Source: an uncultured Bacteroidota bacterium
GTDB lineage: Bacteria; Bacteroidota; Bacteroidia; Bacteroidales; GCA-2748055
Direction: 5' to 3'
NCBI GenBank assembly: GCA_963783435.1
Contig: CAWANQ010000004.1
Coordinates: 148,560-212,559, forward strand
DNA: 64,000 bases
The notes under the pieces: model-generated
Told to the model about the DNA's origin: nothing
Seen by the model: only the letters and a program-made list of their open reading frames with translations
The model's database searches: none
Position numbers and translations under genes: made by a program
Shown: one piece after another, positions 37,605 through 46,915 of the stretch
Layout of the letters: each line of letters starts with the position of its first letter
Numbering within the stretch: the stretch's first letter is position 1

Positions 37605-39032
37605 TTAATACCTCTTACCCACATATGTCTTTTCCACCGGGTCAGCATTTACTAAAGGAAGGTGTTTTTTAAACTCATCTTTGACAGTCTGATATTTTGG
37701 ATCATTTGCCAGATTAGTCCATTCCAAAGGATCGACGTCGTGATCGTACAGTTCCTCCTGTCCATCCTGATAACGTATGTAACGCCATTTTTTACTACGT
37801 AAGCTATGACGGTTAAAACCCATGGTAGTCAATGATGGAATCTCCCAATTCGTATTTACATCTTCCAAAAGAGGAACAATACTATTTCCTTCATTTTCAG
37901 GATTTATAGGAATTCCGCACAATTCAGAAAGCGTAGGATACAGGTCTAATAAATTAACAGGACTTGAGCAACGTGAGCCTGCTTGTGTAAGTCCCGGCAC
38001 TTTTATAATCAATGGCATTTTACAACTTTCCTCCCACAATGTCCATTTCTTATAACGCATCTTTTCTCCCAGATGCCAGCCATGATCACCCCATAATACT
38101 ACAATGGTATTATCGGCGTATTTACTTTTTGCCAGTCCATCAAGTACAACTCCCACGCAAGAATCGGCGTAATTAATACAAGCCAGATACGCCTGAACAG
38201 CAGCCTGCTGCTTCTTATATTTTTTGGCTGCATAATAGTTTTTTGACGGTCTTACAGCTGAGCTTGGTATATCATCGTGGTCGTTTTCATTTATTTCGGG
38301 AATAAGCATTTCCTCTTCCTTAAATTTATCGAAAAACTCTTTTGGAACGTGCCATCTTAAATGAGGGCGATAAATGCCACATGCCAAAAAAAATGGTTTA
38401 TCGTAGTCTTTTTGAAGTTGATCCGCAGCCCATTTGGCATTGAGGTAGTCGGGAGTCTCTTCAAATACCCCATCGGTTGGCCCCCATTCGAAATTATCAT
38501 CGGCTTCGCCTTCAGGTATTCCATTGGCCATAAAGCCTGGCTCTTTTTTTACATTTCCATAATTTCCGATTTGTTTTACCCACTTGTCCCATGAAATTGT
38601 GTCAGCCTGTGGACCGTTTGCAGTATGAAATATTTTTCCGCGGGCAGTAGAAAAATATCCATGTTTTGAAAACCACTGCGGAATAGTCAGAGCTTCTTTT
38701 AAAACCGGCGAATCACGTAATTCATTGGCATTTCCGTAAATCCCTGAAGTTGATGGGCGATAACCACTCATTAATGCAGATCGCGAGGGATTACATAATG
38801 AAGCAGCACAATTGGCAATTTCAAAAACAACACCCTGCTGTGCAAGCTTGTCCATAGAGGGCGTTAGTGTTTGCGGATGTCCTCCTGCAAATCCGGTCCA
38901 GTCGTTTAGATCGTCGATGGCTATGAAAAGTACGTTGTAGGGTTGTTCTTTCTGCTCTTTTGTATTCGTGCTATTCGGGTTGCAAGATGTAATGAATGCA
39001 ACTACGGCTAAAACCAGAAAAGTAATTTTCAT
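37605..39032 (-). CDS. S1 sulfatase (Cys-type, iduronate-2-sulfatase-like)
   Basis: NVLFIAIDDLNDW, LCNPSRSALMSG, LWGDHGWHLGE. The track start at 39059 is TTG; the ATG at 39032 gives MKITFLVLAVVAFITSC. Confidence 0.9.
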   Translation of the reverse strand: MKITFLVLAVVAFITSCNPNSTNTKEQKEQPYNVLFIAIDDLNDWTGFAGGHPQTLTPSMDKLAQQGVVFEIANCAASLCNPSRSALMSGYRPSTSGIYGNANELRDSPVLKEALTIPQWFSKHGYFSTARGKIFHTANGPQADTISWDKWVKQIGNYGNVKKEPGFMANGIPEGEADDNFEWGPTDGVFEETPDYLNAKWAADQLQKDYDKPFFLACGIYRPHLRWHVPKEFFDKFKEEEMLIPEINENDHDDIPSSAVRPSKNYYAAKKYKKQQAAVQAYLACINYADSCVGVVLDGLAKSKYADNTIVVLWGDHGWHLGEKMRYKKWTLWEESCKMPLIIKVPGLTQAGSRCSSPVNLLDLYPTLSELCGIPINPENEGNSIVPLLEDVNTNWEIPSLTTMGFNRHSLRSKKWRYIRYQDGQEELYDHDVDPLEWTNLANDPKYQTVKDEFKKHLPLVNADPVEKTYVGKRY

Positions 39033-39062
39033 GTTAGGGAGTATATATTTAATATTCAAATG

Positions 39063-41363
39063 CTACCTTAAATCCTTTAACCACGTTTTATACCTTTCAT
39101 ACTTCATAGGAGGCGTATATGCTACATAGTGGTTACTGTAAGTTTGGCCATCAACTTTATATTCAATCATCCATAGTTCGTTTTTCGCAACTTTTGGCAA
39201 TTCATCCACTTTTAATTTTCCGTTGGTGTCCACCTCCACAGTCTTTGACAGAATTGTCCTTCCTGAATCTTTGTCCTTAATGGTGATTTCCACTTTCTGT
39301 TTGCTTCTGGTGTCATTAACTACTATCACAGGGTGACCGGTGTTTCCTTCACGAATATCACCTACCATAACGCACACATCAGTCTGTACATTTTTGATGT
39401 AGTCGTATGCCAGCTTTTTACCACCGTAGTAATCTACAATAGCATCAGAAACAATGGGCCAGCCATCACGCAGGTTCCACCAAAGGATGCCATTTCGTTG
39501 TCCCTTATTCATGCGCCAGAATTCAATAAAATATTTTTTAGCTTCGGCCTGTACAATTTGAGAAGCGGTAACAAAATCTTCCAATTCCATTGGGCACTCG
39601 CCAAAAACTTCACGTATCTGATTAACCATTAGAAAATTACGCTCTTTATTCGTTTGTGAATTAGCATTTGACCTGGTTGCTTTACATTGCCATTCCTCAT
39701 TCCAAACTAACTGTTCAGCCTTTTTAACTTCGCCAATTACTGTGACTACATCTTCTGTTTCTGCCTTTGCACCTTTTACCCATGGATAAACATTTTCCTT
39801 GGTCATCATTTTCTTTAGACTTTCCACATTCGGCGCACCATGATACCCAATTTCACTTACAAAGCGTGCGTTATTTTCGGTATAGAATGGCGCTTTATAA
39901 AAGCCACGTGGCCCCCATAGGTGCATTTCAGGAGACAATTCCGGACTAATTTTATTATGAACCTTAAATACTTCTTCACTAATAAATGGTGAGCTAGGCA
40001 GGTATGGAGTTTTGGGATCCCATTCGCGAACTGCAAGTGGTAAAACCTGACGGCTTATTACATCGGTATTGGGATTAATATGTGATTGGTCACCACCCCA
40101 TTGGAGCGAGACATCATTTTCATTGTTTCCGGCCCACAGAACAATTGAGGCATGATTCCTTAATCTTCTGATCACTTTATCTGCCTCAATTTTCACTTTC
40201 TTTTTGAACGCATCATTCTGTGGATATGTGGTACATCCAAAGGTGAAATCATGCCAAACCATGATCCCATTTTCATCACATAAGTTATAGAAGCGGTCAC
40301 TTTCGTAAACATTTCCACCCCACATACGAATCATGTTGCAATTTAAATCGGCCAACATGCCAACAGCTTCATCCACATGTTGAATATCGCGGCTGTGCAA
40401 TGCATCAAGTGGTACCCAGTTGGTTCCTTTTACGAAGATGTATTCGCCATTCACTTCAAAATGAAAGTCACCGGGTTCTTCCTCCGTATTGATGGGGGTT
40501 AAGATCAATTGTGCATTGCGAATTCCTATTTTTTGATTATTCTCACAAAGGACATTCCCATCGGCATCTTTCAGTTGTAATCGCGCATTGTACAGCGCCT
40601 GCTCACCAAAACCCCGGGGCCACCACAGATCCACTTCTTCCAATCCCCACAATCGCTCACGGGCAATTGTTGTAATAACAGGAAGCTCCCTCTTTAAAAT
40701 ATATTTTCCATTACGTTCCAGCTCGAACGAAATGGTCAGGTCATCAATATAAAGCCTGTCGGTATGAAATTGCCAATCGACATACATATTGGCTTTCTTA
40801 ACGTCAGGGTAAACCTCTTTCGTAACCCAGTATACCGAACTAAAATAAGATGCCGGAATAATTTCTAACTTCACATCTTTCCAGATTCCCGCACTCATCA
40901 AACGAGGCATGATATCCCAACCAAACATGTGAGGTGCTTTTCTTACACTTGATGCTTCACCGAGTTGGTCGTAGCGCACCCCAAAATTATTACGGAGGTA
41001 TTTGCGCGCTTCCAACTCTGTTGACTTAATATGCACATTTAGCGTATTTTCCTCTTTTAATAAATCGCTTACATCGTAGTGATGTTCAACAAACATATCT
41101 TCAACCGAAGCTATCATTTGGTTGTTTAACCAAATATCCGCAATGCAGTCGATACCCTCGAAAGCCAGTTCAACACGCTCGCCGGATTTCAGCTGCGGGG
41201 CATCAAATTCCCTGACATACCACCAATCATAAGCTTCAAATTTTCTTAAATCGTAAACGTTGGTTCCAAGCATTGGATCCTTAATAATACCTTCTCTTTC
41301 GAGATCAATTTCAACATTACCCGGAACAGTCGCCGAAATGTTTTTAAATTCAGATTGCAACAA
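39063..41363 (-). CDS. GH2 glycoside hydrolase (beta-mannosidase-like), separated from its signal peptide by a frameshift
   Basis: GH2 blocks WWYVREF, GIDCIADIWLNNQ, NMIRMWGGNVYE, WAGNNEN (acid/base region), FVSEIGYHG (nucleophile region). The reading frame stays open upstream of the TTG start (..EIISLNSTKSSEWTLYYGVQDKNAPQTPDELLQSEF) but contains no ATG. Confidence 0.85.
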   Translation of the reverse strand: MLQSEFKNISATVPGNVEIDLEREGIIKDPMLGTNVYDLRKFEAYDWWYVREFDAPQLKSGERVELAFEGIDCIADIWLNNQMIASVEDMFVEHHYDVSDLLKEENTLNVHIKSTELEARKYLRNNFGVRYDQLGEASSVRKAPHMFGWDIMPRLMSAGIWKDVKLEIIPASYFSSVYWVTKEVYPDVKKANMYVDWQFHTDRLYIDDLTISFELERNGKYILKRELPVITTIARERLWGLEEVDLWWPRGFGEQALYNARLQLKDADGNVLCENNQKIGIRNAQLILTPINTEEEPGDFHFEVNGEYIFVKGTNWVPLDALHSRDIQHVDEAVGMLADLNCNMIRMWGGNVYESDRFYNLCDENGIMVWHDFTFGCTTYPQNDAFKKKVKIEADKVIRRLRNHASIVLWAGNNENDVSLQWGGDQSHINPNTDVISRQVLPLAVREWDPKTPYLPSSPFISEEVFKVHNKISPELSPEMHLWGPRGFYKAPFYTENNARFVSEIGYHGAPNVESLKKMMTKENVYPWVKGAKAETEDVVTVIGEVKKAEQLVWNEEWQCKATRSNANSQTNKERNFLMVNQIREVFGECPMELEDFVTASQIVQAEAKKYFIEFWRMNKGQRNGILWWNLRDGWPIVSDAIVDYYGGKKLAYDYIKNVQTDVCVMVGDIREGNTGHPVIVVNDTRSKQKVEITIKDKDSGRTILSKTVEVDTNGKLKVDELPKVAKNELWMIEYKVDGQTYSNHYVAYTPPMKYERYKTWLKDLR

Positions 41364-41367
41364 TTCG

Positions 41368-41553
41368 TCAGGAGTTTGCGGAGCATTTTTGTCCTGTACA
41401 CCATAATACAGTGTCCACTCTGACGATTTCGTAGAATTTAATGATATGATCTCTTTGGTAGATAGGTTTGCTATTCACCTCTTTTAGCGTCTGCGCATGA
41501 ATGGAAAAGACACTAAACATTCCAATAATCATACAGTATAATAATCGTTTCAT
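41368..41553 (-). other. Orphan signal-peptide ORF: the displaced 5' end of the GH2 gene
   Basis: MKRLLYCMIIGMFSVFSIHAQ.. is a signal peptide. The ORF runs into the +1 frame of the GH2 N-terminus. The homologous leader of the next gene is 1 nt shorter in the stretch 41454..41468. Confidence 0.7.
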
Positions 41554-41575
41554 TCTGATATAGTTTTTATTGTTG
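41434..41575 (-). repeat. Duplicated 5' cassette (5' UTR + signal peptide + linker), GH2 copy
   Basis: ~75% identical (by eye) to 43294..43434, including TATATCAGA-ATGAAACGA, AGTGTCTTTTC.A.TCATGCGCA and CATATCATTAAATTC. Confidence 0.75.
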
Positions 41576-41576
41576 C

Positions 41577-43412
41577 TTATTTCGTTAGAATTATAGCTTT
41601 CATATCTATTGAACTCCCATTTGTGATATCCGATACATGAACAGTAATCTTGTTGGTCCCCTCAGAAACTTTCAGTTTGCCAATAGCTATCGTATTAAAC
41701 TTTTTATAACTGAATGCGTTGGGCTCAGATTTGCCCCTGTTAGGCACATTAAGGTATCCTTCGTCATAAGCTTGATTCATTGTAAATGAAAGCTTATCAT
41801 TTTCAGACTTCACATTAATTTTGCATCCAATATTGTCCTCAGTACATGCATATTTTAGCAATACCGTGTATGTGTTGGTATTCTTAACATCTAAATCCCA
41901 CCAAATTAAATCTTCACTACTGCTAATGTTGGTTAACCAGTCTGGATTAAATCCCTTTAAACCTGCAAATTTTACATTCCCGGAAAAATGAGCCTCATCT
42001 GCATATAATTCGTGTATTTTTGCTTCTTTGTCTCCGATTGGGCATAATGGTTTTTGAAAATCTGTTTTATTGATCTCGGACAAACACTTTTCTGTTTTGC
42101 CTCTCAATTCATTTGTTATTTCAGGATATTTCAATGCAATATCAATGGATTGGTTATGGTCATTTACCATATCATACAGCTCAATCTGATTTTTTCGTTT
42201 AACTAATCTATATTTATCCGTCCTGAGAGAATATTCCATTTCGTCGGATGGTGTGTTTTTATTGATTTGTCTGGCCGTAAAAATCTCTCTTTCAATAGAT
42301 TTTTTTTGTTGTGTTATATAAGGCAGAACATTAATTCCATCCACATCAACCCCCTTAGGAATATCACTGTTTGTTATGGAAGCCAAGGTTGGCAAAAGGT
42401 CGATATGGGCGGCCAGCATATTTAATTTCGAACCCGGCAAAATCTGTCCTTTCCAATAAATATATGCAGGTACCCTGGTCCCACCTTCGTCAACTGAGCC
42501 TTTACGGCCCCGCATACCACCATTGTAGCGATCCAGTATTCCCGGACCATTATCTGAAAGAAAAATGAGCAATGTGTTATCTGACAAGCTGTTTTGTTCC
42601 ATAAAATCGAATATTCTGCCAAGATTATCATCAAGGTTTTCCACCATGCCATAAATACTTGCTAAGGCAGGAGTGCATCCTTTGTCTGCGTAATAGTCAT
42701 AGTATTTGTCAGGGACCTGGAAGGGTGAGTGTGGAGCATTATAAGGGATATAGCAAAAAAAAGGTTTGTCTATATTTCTTTTCATAAAGCTAATTGCCTC
42801 GTCAGTAAGCACATCGGTAATGTAACCTTTTGTTGGATAATTGCGGTTATCGTTACGTTCAAGTGTTTCATCAAAATAATTAACAAGGTTTCCACCCCTA
42901 AACCCTACAAACTCATCAAATCCCTGACGAAGCGGATGCTGGTCATAATGTCTGCCAGTGTGCCACTTTCCAAAACAACCGGTAGTATAGCCATTTTCCT
43001 TTAAAATTTCAGCTATTGTAATTTCCGCGGTGGGTAAATTTTCATATCCTTGAGAAACTCCATGTACGCCTACTTTATGAGAATATTTACCTGTAAGCAG
43101 TGCACCTCGCGTAGGTGCACAGGAGGGATTGACATAAAAATGGTTGCAGGTGGCACCATTTGCTGCAAGAAGATCTATATGGGGAGTACAAATAATGCTG
43201 TTTCCGTTTGAAGTCACATCGCCCCATCCCTGATCATCGCTAAGGATTAGTATGATATTAGGTCTATCAGTATTAATATTTGATTTTTCAGCTGAATTTA
43301 ATGATATGGCCTCTTTTGCTGAAGATTTGCTAATTGACTCACTCATCTTTTGCGCATGAGTAGAAAAGACACTAACTATTACAATAATTACAAAATATAC
43401 CATTCGTTTCAT
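41577..43412 (-). CDS. S1 sulfatase (Cys-type) with a C-terminal beta-sandwich/CBM-like domain
   Basis: 611 aa with a signal peptide. NIILILSDDQGWGD, SCAPTRGALLTGK, FLSDNGP. The extra ~170 aa at the C-terminus (..LIWWDLDVKNTNTYTVLLKYA..KITVHVSD) is non-catalytic. Confidence 0.9.
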   Translation of the reverse strand: MKRMVYFVIIVIVSVFSTHAQKMSESISKSSAKEAISLNSAEKSNINTDRPNIILILSDDQGWGDVTSNGNSIICTPHIDLLAANGATCNHFYVNPSCAPTRGALLTGKYSHKVGVHGVSQGYENLPTAEITIAEILKENGYTTGCFGKWHTGRHYDQHPLRQGFDEFVGFRGGNLVNYFDETLERNDNRNYPTKGYITDVLTDEAISFMKRNIDKPFFCYIPYNAPHSPFQVPDKYYDYYADKGCTPALASIYGMVENLDDNLGRIFDFMEQNSLSDNTLLIFLSDNGPGILDRYNGGMRGRKGSVDEGGTRVPAYIYWKGQILPGSKLNMLAAHIDLLPTLASITNSDIPKGVDVDGINVLPYITQQKKSIEREIFTARQINKNTPSDEMEYSLRTDKYRLVKRKNQIELYDMVNDHNQSIDIALKYPEITNELRGKTEKCLSEINKTDFQKPLCPIGDKEAKIHELYADEAHFSGNVKFAGLKGFNPDWLTNISSSEDLIWWDLDVKNTNTYTVLLKYACTEDNIGCKINVKSENDKLSFTMNQAYDEGYLNVPNRGKSEPNAFSYKKFNTIAIGKLKVSEGTNKITVHVSDITNGSSIDMKAIILTK

Positions 43413-43434
43413 TCTGATATAACGTTAGTTTTTG
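43294..43434 (-). repeat. Duplicated 5' cassette, sulfatase copy
   Basis: See 41434..41575. This copy is in frame (119 nt versus 120 nt in the GH2 copy). Confidence 0.75.
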
Positions 43435-43464
43435 CCAATTTCTATTTTTTGCCACCTAACTTAT

Positions 43465-45441
43465 TTACTTAAAGGTTAATGATTCCAAAACCAGAGAACC
43501 TTTATACGCTTCCTGCGGATTAACACAAAAAACAAATTGAGTGATATATTCCATCGGCTCATACGCTTTTTGATATTGCTCCATTGCTTCAGATAAGTCA
43601 ATGGACAGCTCTTTTATTTCTCCATGGGTAGCCGGTAATTCTGTTGTTGACCATTCCGTCCAATTACCATTTGAAATAGCAATAAAACCAAATGACATCG
43701 GGGTACTATCCATTGTCTTATAATTCAATATCAGTTGTGAATTCTCATGCGCTCTGACATTTAAACCCTTGATATTAACCTTTTGCCAGTAATTAGCGGG
43801 ATGTTCAATGTCAATGTAAAGCAATTCATTATTTACAGATAATTGATAACCATCTGCTTGTTCCCACTTTTCATCCAAATCTCCGGTGGTAAATGATAGG
43901 GTTTCTTCTTCATTTGGTTTTGCCCGTCCCTTCTCATTTACATAACCAACATGAGGTGGTGCAACAGAATTATTTGAATTATTTACAACTCCTTTGGGTA
44001 ATGCATCTTTCCAGCCCGCATTTATTCTTTGGGATAATTCCTTAATAAGGGATTCATTCTCTTTTTTGTAAGCAATATTTATACTCTCAATGGCATCCTT
44101 CCTGTGATCGTATAGTTCAATAGAATCGATCTTCCCGTCTGAGAATCTCCATTCTGTATAGCGATAATCAGCAGTTCGTATACTATAGCCTTCCATCTTT
44201 CTTCCCCGGGGGAACTGGCTAAACACAGCAGTTTTCCATTCTCTATCCGGATTCTCCAACAAAGGTTTGAAACTGGTGCCCTCTGTGTATTCCGGAATTT
44301 CAATATCTGCCAGGTCGCAAAGAGTAGCATATAGATCAACATACTCTACAAGTTGAGTTGAGCGTTTCCCTTTCTTATAACCTGGAGCTGAAACAATAAG
44401 AGGAGCTCGTGTTGAATTCTCAAAATTAGTCGTTTTTCCCCACTTTTGCTGATGTCCCAGATGCCAGCCATGATCGGAAATAAATACAATAATGGTATTA
44501 TCATATTTGCCTGTCTCTTTAAGGCTTTCAATCAACTTACCTACCTGGGCATCAACAAAAGAAATACAGGCGGCATAAGCATGAATTAATTTGCGCTGGT
44601 AATCGTCCGGCAATACATGATCAGGAGAATTATAATAATTCAAACCAGCATAATTCGCAAGAGAGTTATGCGTAGTCGAATAAGAAGGAGAGTTCTCAGG
44701 ATGATATTGGTTTGGTGCCAGAGGCATTTCACTTTGCTCGTACAAATCCCAATATTTCTTTGGCGCAGTAAATGGCAAATGCGGTTTTTTGAATCCAACA
44801 GCTAAGAAAAAGGGCTTATCATTTTCCATCTGTTGCGATATAATTTTAACAGCCTCTTTGGCAATCAATCCGTCACGATAAGCTTCATCCGGCACATCAG
44901 CACATTCATAAGGAGGAGTTTCTTTTCCTCGCCCTCTCGTTCCTCCTTTCTCAATGTTTTCAGGAAGTGCATAATACTTTCCGGTATTCAGGCCTGTCTT
45001 AGGCATATAATGTTCTGTTTTGAGCATGTCAGGTGGTCCATGGTGTATTTTCCCAAAGGTGTGTGTGTAGTAACCATTTTGTTCAAAATATTCAGCTAAC
45101 ATGGGATGAGCAGGCCAAAATTCATTCATAAAATATTTGCTATACGGATAATCCACACCTGTAGTATTGGGGCGACATCCACTCAGGAAACTGGCTCTGG
45201 AAGCAGAACAAACAGCTTGTTGTACATGGGCATTATCAAATAGCACTCCATTCTTTGCCAAATTATCAATATTGGGAGAATGAATATATTCAGCACCATA
45301 ACAATTGAGTTCTGTGCGCATATCATCTGCAATAATGAGCAATATATTGGGCTTCTCATTGGGTTTTTCATGTGTACAGGAGAACATGAAAAAAGCTATA
45401 AAAAACAAAAATATTTTAGCTCTCATTTGCTTCATATTCAT
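43465..45441 (-). CDS. S1 sulfatase (Cys-type, C-S-A-S-R variant) with a C-terminal extra domain
   Basis: 658 aa with a lipoprotein signal (FFMFSC). NILLIIADDM, VCSASRASFLSG, FISDHGWHLG. The ~180-aa C-terminal domain is non-catalytic. Confidence 0.9.
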   Translation of the reverse strand: MNMKQMRAKIFLFFIAFFMFSCTHEKPNEKPNILLIIADDMRTELNCYGAEYIHSPNIDNLAKNGVLFDNAHVQQAVCSASRASFLSGCRPNTTGVDYPYSKYFMNEFWPAHPMLAEYFEQNGYYTHTFGKIHHGPPDMLKTEHYMPKTGLNTGKYYALPENIEKGGTRGRGKETPPYECADVPDEAYRDGLIAKEAVKIISQQMENDKPFFLAVGFKKPHLPFTAPKKYWDLYEQSEMPLAPNQYHPENSPSYSTTHNSLANYAGLNYYNSPDHVLPDDYQRKLIHAYAACISFVDAQVGKLIESLKETGKYDNTIIVFISDHGWHLGHQQKWGKTTNFENSTRAPLIVSAPGYKKGKRSTQLVEYVDLYATLCDLADIEIPEYTEGTSFKPLLENPDREWKTAVFSQFPRGRKMEGYSIRTADYRYTEWRFSDGKIDSIELYDHRKDAIESINIAYKKENESLIKELSQRINAGWKDALPKGVVNNSNNSVAPPHVGYVNEKGRAKPNEEETLSFTTGDLDEKWEQADGYQLSVNNELLYIDIEHPANYWQKVNIKGLNVRAHENSQLILNYKTMDSTPMSFGFIAISNGNWTEWSTTELPATHGEIKELSIDLSEAMEQYQKAYEPMEYITQFVFCVNPQEAYKGSLVLESLTFK

Positions 45442-45447
45442 GGTGTT

Positions 45448-46893
45448 TTAATTTTTGTTAATTTCTGAGAGTTTGTTTTGCAACTCAATTTTCATCCTTT
45501 CAAGCTGTTGCTTATAAGCCGGATTTTTATATAAGTTAAACTCTTCACCCGGATCATTCTTCAGGTCATACAATTCATTCATTTCATCGGTATCCAGGCC
45601 AACATATTTGACATATTTCCAATCCTTCGTTCTCACAGCTTGCCACGATGGTGTGTTTCGTGCTACTTTTTCGTGAAAATATTCTGCGTAAAAAGACGTT
45701 CTCCATTCGACCTCTTCTGACTTAAACAGCGGCAAAAATGATTTTCCATGTACAGGAATCAATGGTTCTACACCTACAACATCATATACAGTTGGTGCCC
45801 AATCAATATTTGACACCATTTCATCTATTTTACTTCCTGCTTCAATTATTTTTGGATATCGAATGAAAAATGGTACGCGCAATACATTGTCGTAAGCCCA
45901 CCGCTTTGTATGGAATCTATTATGTTCTCCCATAAGCATTCCATTATCGCTGGTATAAACAATAATTGTATGGTCCAGCTGCCCTTTTTCTTCAAGTACT
46001 TTTAATATTTCCCCAACACCTTCATCAACACTCAACAAACAGCGCATCTGGTCTGCAACTATGCTTGTTCTGTCGTTACCTCTTCCTCGTCTTGGCTCAC
46101 CCGGCTCAGGAACAATGCTCTCATATTCATAACTGGGTTTCCATGGCACATCCCTTTTTAATACAGGCTTACTCTCGATATTACCTTCGTTGACAAGCGG
46201 TGATTCGTACGCATAATCAGCATAGTAAGCATCATGTCTCTCAGCCGGTATTATGGGGGCATGAACCGCTTTATGTGAAAGAATCATCGCGAAGGGTTGA
46301 TTTTTGCTATTCTTCTTTAGAAATTCCACAGCCTGCTCATTAAGGTAATCGGTCATATTACCATCAATTTGTTTGATAGTCCCTTCATCATTAACTACGC
46401 CATTGACAAAAATTCCCTGTCCTTTGAAACTTAACCAACGATCAAATCCGGGACGACGAGAATCATCAAGCCCCATGTGCCATTTACCAATAAATGCAGT
46501 TTTATAACCGTTCTCGCGTAATTGCCGTGGCCATGTCATTAAGGTATGGCTGATTACATCGAGGCCTACGCGGTCGTTGTTTGTTACCTGATGTTGTTGC
46601 GCATACTGTCCGGTAAGAAAAGTGGCTCTACTTGGTGAACATAGCGGTGTAGCTACAAAGAATTTTTCAAATGTCGCCCCCTCTGCCGCAATTCTGTCAA
46701 TATTTGGAGTTTTTGAAACTGGATTTCCTTCAATACCAGTTAATCCACATTGTTGATCATCGGTGATAATGAAAATAATGTTAGGCAGATCAGAAGAACT
46801 CTGGCTCCCATTTGTACACGAAAGAAAAGAGGTCGCTATCATTAAAAATGCTAAGGATTTCAGACTAATTATATTTGCAGGCCTCATATTCAT
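45448..46893 (-). CDS. S1 sulfatase (Cys-type)
   Basis: 481 aa with a lipoprotein signal (SFLSC). NIIFIITDDQ, LCSPSRATFLTG, YTSDNGMLMGEH. Confidence 0.92.
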   Translation of the reverse strand: MNMRPANIISLKSLAFLMIATSFLSCTNGSQSSSDLPNIIFIITDDQQCGLTGIEGNPVSKTPNIDRIAAEGATFEKFFVATPLCSPSRATFLTGQYAQQHQVTNNDRVGLDVISHTLMTWPRQLRENGYKTAFIGKWHMGLDDSRRPGFDRWLSFKGQGIFVNGVVNDEGTIKQIDGNMTDYLNEQAVEFLKKNSKNQPFAMILSHKAVHAPIIPAERHDAYYADYAYESPLVNEGNIESKPVLKRDVPWKPSYEYESIVPEPGEPRRGRGNDRTSIVADQMRCLLSVDEGVGEILKVLEEKGQLDHTIIVYTSDNGMLMGEHNRFHTKRWAYDNVLRVPFFIRYPKIIEAGSKIDEMVSNIDWAPTVYDVVGVEPLIPVHGKSFLPLFKSEEVEWRTSFYAEYFHEKVARNTPSWQAVRTKDWKYVKYVGLDTDEMNELYDLKNDPGEEFNLYKNPAYKQQLERMKIELQNKLSEINKN

Positions 46894-46915
46894 ACTAAAT
46901 TAGAGAGGTGAAAAC

